Of a stretch of 64,000 nucleotides of DNA, positions 60,855-64,000 are shown piece by piece. Under the pieces are notes generated by a model. The model saw only the letters and a program-made list of their open reading frames with translations. It was not told the DNA's origin and searched no databases. Numbering within the stretch: position 1 is the stretch's first letter; each line of letters starts with the position of its first letter. The translations under genes were made by a program, and so were the position numbers. Source of the DNA: Candidatus Woesearchaeota archaeon (GTDB lineage Archaea > Nanobdellota > Nanobdellia > Pacearchaeales > GW2011-AR1); contig CAZYZS010000006.1 in assembly GCA_964651965.1 (NCBI GenBank), forward strand, positions 42 through 64,041, in the 5' to 3' direction.

Positions 60855-61712
60855 TTAAGACCTAAGTGTATTTAATTTTATGGATGATAGCTTTATTTTT
60901 CCTTCCTGCCAGTCCCTTAATATCTTCCTGGCAGTCCTATCAGTATCTACTATCCCTCCTTTTTTCAGATAGCTGAGCCTTTTCCCAAGTTCTTCAATTA
61001 GTATTTCAGAATCTCCCCCTGCCTGAATATCGTAGTAGGCTTCTAAAACTCCGGGATAGTCTCCTAATATCTTGTGCACAACCATTTCTGGCTCTTTGGT
61101 CTTGTCCCAGCTTTTTGCGCCAATTTCCGAATGCTTTATTAAATAAGCGGGGTTTTGTTTCAATCTTTCATTTATTGGAATAATGCCCGGAGTGTCAATT
61201 AGATAAATTCCTTCTGAGAGCTTTACTTTTTGTATCCCTCTTGTGAACCCTGCCTGCGAGGAGGTTTTTGCTGCGGATTTTCCTGAAAGCATATTGATTA
61301 TGGAGCTCTTGCCTGTGTTTGGATAGCCAACAATTCCCAAATTTACCGCTTCGTTGCATAGCCCTTCTGATTCTTTCCTGATAAACTCTTTTAGATTGCC
61401 TTTTCCCATCTGGTTTTTGCAGGAAAAAAAGACATAAGGCTTTAATTTGTGAAGCTCTACTTCTCTGGTTATGGTATCTATATCAGCCAGGTCTGCCTTG
61501 TTTAATATGAATATAAGCTTCTTTCCAAGCTGCCTTACTCTTTTTTCAATTCTTGGGTTTCTTGTTTGTTCGATAAACCGTGCATCCAAAACCTCAAGTA
61601 TTATATCTGCCCCGCAGATTAGCTTGTCTATTAGTTCAGGAATCCTATATCTGTGCATATTAGTATCATTTCTCTTGCTTTTCTTTTTTATTGAGAGTCC
61701 TTTTTCTACCAT
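60855..61712 (-). CDS. circularly permuted GTPase (YlqF/RbgA/YawG family, ribosome biogenesis)
   Basis: Motif order G4 then G1 then G3: ILNKADL, then GIVGYPNTGKSSIIN, then LIDTPGI. Confidence 0.8.
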   Translation of the reverse strand: MVEKGLSIKKKSKRNDTNMHRYRIPELIDKLICGADIILEVLDARFIEQTRNPRIEKRVRQLGKKLIFILNKADLADIDTITREVELHKLKPYVFFSCKNQMGKGNLKEFIRKESEGLCNEAVNLGIVGYPNTGKSSIINMLSGKSAAKTSSQAGFTRGIQKVKLSEGIYLIDTPGIIPINERLKQNPAYLIKHSEIGAKSWDKTKEPEMVVHKILGDYPGVLEAYYDIQAGGDSEILIEELGKRLSYLKKGGIVDTDRTARKILRDWQEGKIKLSSIKLNTLRS

Positions 61713-61783
61713 TCTATTCCTTGGGGACTACGGTTTATTAATTCTTGGGATAGATTTATAAATAATGTTTTATTAATTGTTTT

Positions 61784-62032
61784 ATGAAAAAAGACTATAA
61801 GATGTATGGGTTTGCAGCTGCTGCGATACTGTTCATTTTTGGGATTTATTTATTGGGACATGCTGGAGCTAATTTTCTCCAGTCAGATGAAACTCCAATC
61901 GAGGAGTCTGGAACATTATTATCGGTTCAAAGTACTGCAATGATTCAACTAATCTTCGGGATTGTTATTACAGTTGTTGGTATTTTGGTTTATTTAGTAT
62001 TTCTTAAAAAAAGATTTGAAGACGAAATTTAA
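61784..62032 (+). CDS. small two-TM hairpin membrane protein (82 aa)
   Basis: Two helices separated by QSDETPIEESG; tail KKRFEDEI. Confidence 0.45.
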   Translation: MKKDYKMYGFAAAAILFIFGIYLLGHAGANFLQSDETPIEESGTLLSVQSTAMIQLIFGIVITVVGILVYLVFLKKRFEDEI

Positions 62033-62055
62033 TTCTTGTAATTCTAGTTCTAAAC

Positions 62056-62817
62056 TTACCAAAATATGAATCTTAATATTAATATTATTCCTAAAATAAG
62101 ATTATAGATTCCAAACAAGTAAAATTTATCATGCCTGACAATTCTTACAAGCAACACGATAGTCAATAAGCTGGTAAGAAGAGTTATTGTAAAAGAAGTC
62201 AGCAGGACATAAAATGGCAGCGCCATATTTGATATTGCACTTGATTCCAATATTGCTGCTCCAAAAATAATGGGGATAGCCAGAATAAAAGAGAATTTGA
62301 TAGCTTCATCTTTTTTTAATCCTAAAATCAAGCCAGAACCTGTTGCCATGCCGCTTCTGGATATGCCTGGAAATATTGCAAGTACCTGCGAGAGGCCTAT
62401 AAAAAGTGAATCGGAAATTGAAAGCTTGGTTTTTCTTTCTTTTGCATATTTTGTAGAGTAAATAAAAACCCCGCAAACAACAAAGAATACGCCTATGAAA
62501 AACAAGTTGTTAAAAGTATCTTCCACGTATTTTTTAAGAAAGATGCCTGCAATTGCTATTGGAATTAATGAAAGAATCACTCTTGAGATATATTTCATGT
62601 CCTTGCTTGTAAAAAGCTTAATGATATCTTTCCAAAAATAAACTACCACGCTAAGTGCGCTTGCAAAATGAAGATAAACCACAAACCCCAAAAAGCCTTG
62701 CGGGTCTACATGAAGAATTTCCTTGAATATAGCTAAATGCCCTGAGCTGCTTATTGCAAACCATTCAGTTAATCCTTCGATAAAACTCAAGATTATTGCC
62801 TGTATAAACGTTACCAT
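62056..62817 (-). CDS. uppP: undecaprenyl/polyprenyl-diphosphatase
   Basis: EGLTEWFAISSSGHL, PGISRSGMATG; 8 TM. Confidence 0.9.
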   Translation of the reverse strand: MVTFIQAIILSFIEGLTEWFAISSSGHLAIFKEILHVDPQGFLGFVVYLHFASALSVVVYFWKDIIKLFTSKDMKYISRVILSLIPIAIAGIFLKKYVEDTFNNLFFIGVFFVVCGVFIYSTKYAKERKTKLSISDSLFIGLSQVLAIFPGISRSGMATGSGLILGLKKDEAIKFSFILAIPIIFGAAILESSAISNMALPFYVLLTSFTITLLTSLLTIVLLVRIVRHDKFYLFGIYNLILGIILILRFIFW

Positions 62818-63004
62818 TTTTTACGATAGATATAGAAAAAATTGGTTTAAAAAGTTTAATGTCTATTGAAAGAGAGTAACAAAAAGATTATAGCAAGATT
62901 TATGTGTAACTTATGGAAGAAATTTTGAGCCTCCTAGGGGCTATAGTGCAGAAGATTTGATGTGGGAAGCTCGTAATGCAGCCTAGATTTTAAAAAAAGA
63001 GAGA

Positions 63005-63012
63005 TTTATATA
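63005..63012 (+). promoter_or_regulatory. TATA box TTTATATA, 21 nt upstream of ATG 63034
   Basis: Read directly. The spacing matches the other leaderless starts. Confidence 0.35.
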
Positions 63013-63033
63013 CTACTTAATCCTGGTAAATAA

Positions 63034-63180
63034 ATGACTAAGGGCGAATTAGAACAACGACACTTGCAAAAAGGCTGTTATGGAACATCCGAATGGTCAG
63101 AAAATTCCGGCATTTGCAGAAGATGCAAGTGGAAGGAAGATTGCGGCAAAATTGAAAAGACTAGAGCTTCAAAAATGTAA
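63034..63180 (+). CDS. possible 48-aa four-Cys protein (not in ORF track)
   Basis: Hand translation: MTKGELEQRHLQKGCYGTSEWSENSGICRRCKWKEDCGKIEKTRASKM. Supported only by promoter spacing and Cys pattern. Confidence 0.35.
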   Translation: MTKGELEQRHLQKGCYGTSEWSENSGICRRCKWKEDCGKIEKTRASKM

Positions 63181-63204
63181 TTTAATGGATTCTATCAAGC
63201 TGCT

Positions 63205-63570
63205 TTATAAAGTTTTTTGAGAATCATTTAGAGAGTCATCTCTTTTTCTTGATTTTTCTCCCCTCTCTTTTTCTTTTTCCTGTCTAGATTCCTCTGATTT
63301 ATCTTCTTTTTTCTCCCAGCAGTCTTTACAGAAATAATTGCCCTTATCCATATACGAATCCCAAAATCTTATTTTCTTCCTACAACTACTGCAAGAGTTC
63401 ATTTTTTCTTTCACTTTTTCCATAACCGGGGTATTAAGCTGCTCCTGCCAGCAATCAAAATGAAAACAGATAAACTCCAGGATTTTGCCTTTCTTCTTTA
63501 TTATCATCATTACATAGGGGTCTTTTCCTTCTTCATTTATCGGCTTATCACATTTAAGGCATATTTTCAT
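63205..63570 (-). CDS. zinc-ribbon protein with acidic/basic low-complexity tail (121 aa)
   Basis: CLKCDKP...CFHFDCW and CSSCRKK...FCKDCW pairs; tail EDKSEESRQEKEKERGEKSRKRDD. Confidence 0.5.
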   Translation of the reverse strand: MKICLKCDKPINEEGKDPYVMMIIKKKGKILEFICFHFDCWQEQLNTPVMEKVKEKMNSCSSCRKKIRFWDSYMDKGNYFCKDCWEKKEDKSEESRQEKEKERGEKSRKRDDSLNDSQKTL

Positions 63571-63579
63571 TTTATTTAT

Positions 63580-63633
63580 AAGGCAACAGTAAGATTTAAA
63601 TCTTGCTTAAGGGCAATAGTTAAGTTTAAATCT
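63580..63633. repeat. two imperfect ~24-nt tandem repeats, each containing TTTAAAT
   Basis: AAGGCAACAGTAAGATTTAAATCT (63580-63603) and AAGGGCAATAGTTAAGTTTAAATCT (63609-63633). TATA-like cores lie at 63595-63601 and 63625-63631. Confidence 0.5.
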
Positions 63634-63664
63634 ACCGAATTAGTGATTAAACAGAGGAATAAAC

Positions 63665-63718
63665 ATGGGAAAACAAAGACGAAGAAGAGCGGGAAAAGGA
63701 TATAAGACTAAAAGATAA
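63665..63718 (+). CDS. possible 17-aa Arg/Lys-rich micro-ORF (MGKQRRRRAGKGYKTKR)
   Basis: Hand translation. AGAGGA lies 7 nt upstream of the ATG. Very speculative. Confidence 0.2.
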   Translation: MGKQRRRRAGKGYKTKR

Positions 63719-63754
63719 AATTTTATTTCTTTATTTTTTAATTTCAGAAGATTA

Positions 63755-64000
63755 TCAGTTTATCCTGTCCATTTCTTCTTTAACTCTTTCATATAAGCCT
63801 TGCATTTCTTCTTTTGTTCCTGGGAGTGTCAGTTTCTTCCAAGTAGAATCTAGCTTCTCTAAAAGCCATCTTTTTGTTTTACTTTCGTCCCTGCCATTTG
63901 TAGAGTAACATATTGAAAACTGATATACCCATCTTTCAAAAATGGCAATAGCGTCTGCATTTTGAATTACTTTTGACTCTAGTGATGTAGGCCTGCGCCC
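63755..64000 (-). CDS. C-terminal fragment of a protein, possibly HD-domain phosphohydrolase; N-terminus beyond the right edge
   Basis: Hand translation of the minus strand from 64000: GRRPTSLESKVIQNADAIAIFERWVYQFSICYSTNGRDESKTKRWLLEKLDSTWKKLTLPGTKEEMQGLYERVKEEMDRIN-stop. QNADAIA resembles the second Asp region of HD proteins (weak). Confidence 0.4.
   Translation of the reverse strand, partial: GRRPTSLESKVIQNADAIAIFERWVYQFSICYSTNGRDESKTKRWLLEKLDSTWKKLTLPGTKEEMQGLYERVKEEMDRIN

Noticed and set aside
62925-62995. Possible small RNA in the 216-nt spacer after uppP (CTAGG...CCTAG stem followed by ATTTT, with an internal TGATGT)
   Set aside because: It has only a 5-bp terminal stem, no convincing C/D (no CUGA) or H/ACA box arrangement, and no tRNA-like fold. 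The evidence is insufficient by eye; a covariance-model scan would be needed.
63460-63705. 81-aa + strand ORF
   Set aside because: It mostly runs antisense across the start of the 63205-63570 gene and through the promoter repeats. It has a low-complexity translation and no start signals.
1-64000. CRISPR arrays, rRNA genes, IS elements, transposases and integrases
   Set aside because: I saw no spaced direct-repeat arrays, no rRNA-like conserved stretches, and no DDE or tyrosine/serine recombinase motifs in any long ORF. This was a visual scan only, so short or degenerate elements could be missed.

Overview
AT-rich (roughly one-third G+C by eye, not computed), very compact segment with about 75 protein genes, one intron-containing tRNA, and no rRNA, CRISPR array, transposase or integrase that I can see. 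It reads as archaeal, most plausibly a small-genome DPANN-type archaeon. This is an inference from several observations. tRNA-Ser has an archaeal-style intron. There is an archaeal class-I FBA, a short archaeal TIM, an archaeal-type PGK and a SIS-type PGI/PMI. There are TrmB-family regulators. TATA boxes sit 21-22 nt upstream of several ATGs (leaderless spacing), while other genes carry an AAGAGG-type Shine-Dalgarno. There are secreted nucleases with nucleotide salvage genes, and many tiny membrane or secreted proteins. Content: two P-type ATPases; a UvrD-like helicase with an inserted nuclease-like module; tRNA-Ser(GGA) abutted by a free-standing LAGLIDADG ORF; tmk, uS10 and two secreted nucleases. 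Two glycolytic blocks follow (gap-pgk-pgi and pfkB-fba-tpiA), with trxB and a DedA gene lying inside the first. A sugar island carries TrmB, two GH130-like genes, MFS, GT4 and LmbE. A minimal [NiFe]-hydrogenase operon sits next to a maturation protease and a HypC-like gene. An SDR / acyl-AMP ligase trio is followed by a sugar-kinase/cupin set. Next come a 1026-aa cysteine-rich surface protein flanked by glycosyltransferases, a transglutaminase-like orphan pair, a DEAD-box helicase with an RGG tail, a split ferredoxin:thioredoxin-reductase-like module, a circularly permuted GTPase and uppP. Strongest leads: (1) the hydrogenase structural genes are separated by a SemiSWEET gene and preceded by an MFS transporter, with no electron-transfer partner subunits, and the small subunit has an atypical Cys pattern. 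(2) Small two-TM hairpin proteins are translationally coupled to essentially every glycolytic gene in the window. (3) The giant Cys-rich surface protein and its glycosylation neighbourhood. (4) The LAGLIDADG ORF ends 1 nt before the tRNA. (5) Two compositionally atypical orphan gene sets carry palindromic or hairpin control elements. All functional calls come from motif reading by eye; no searches were run.
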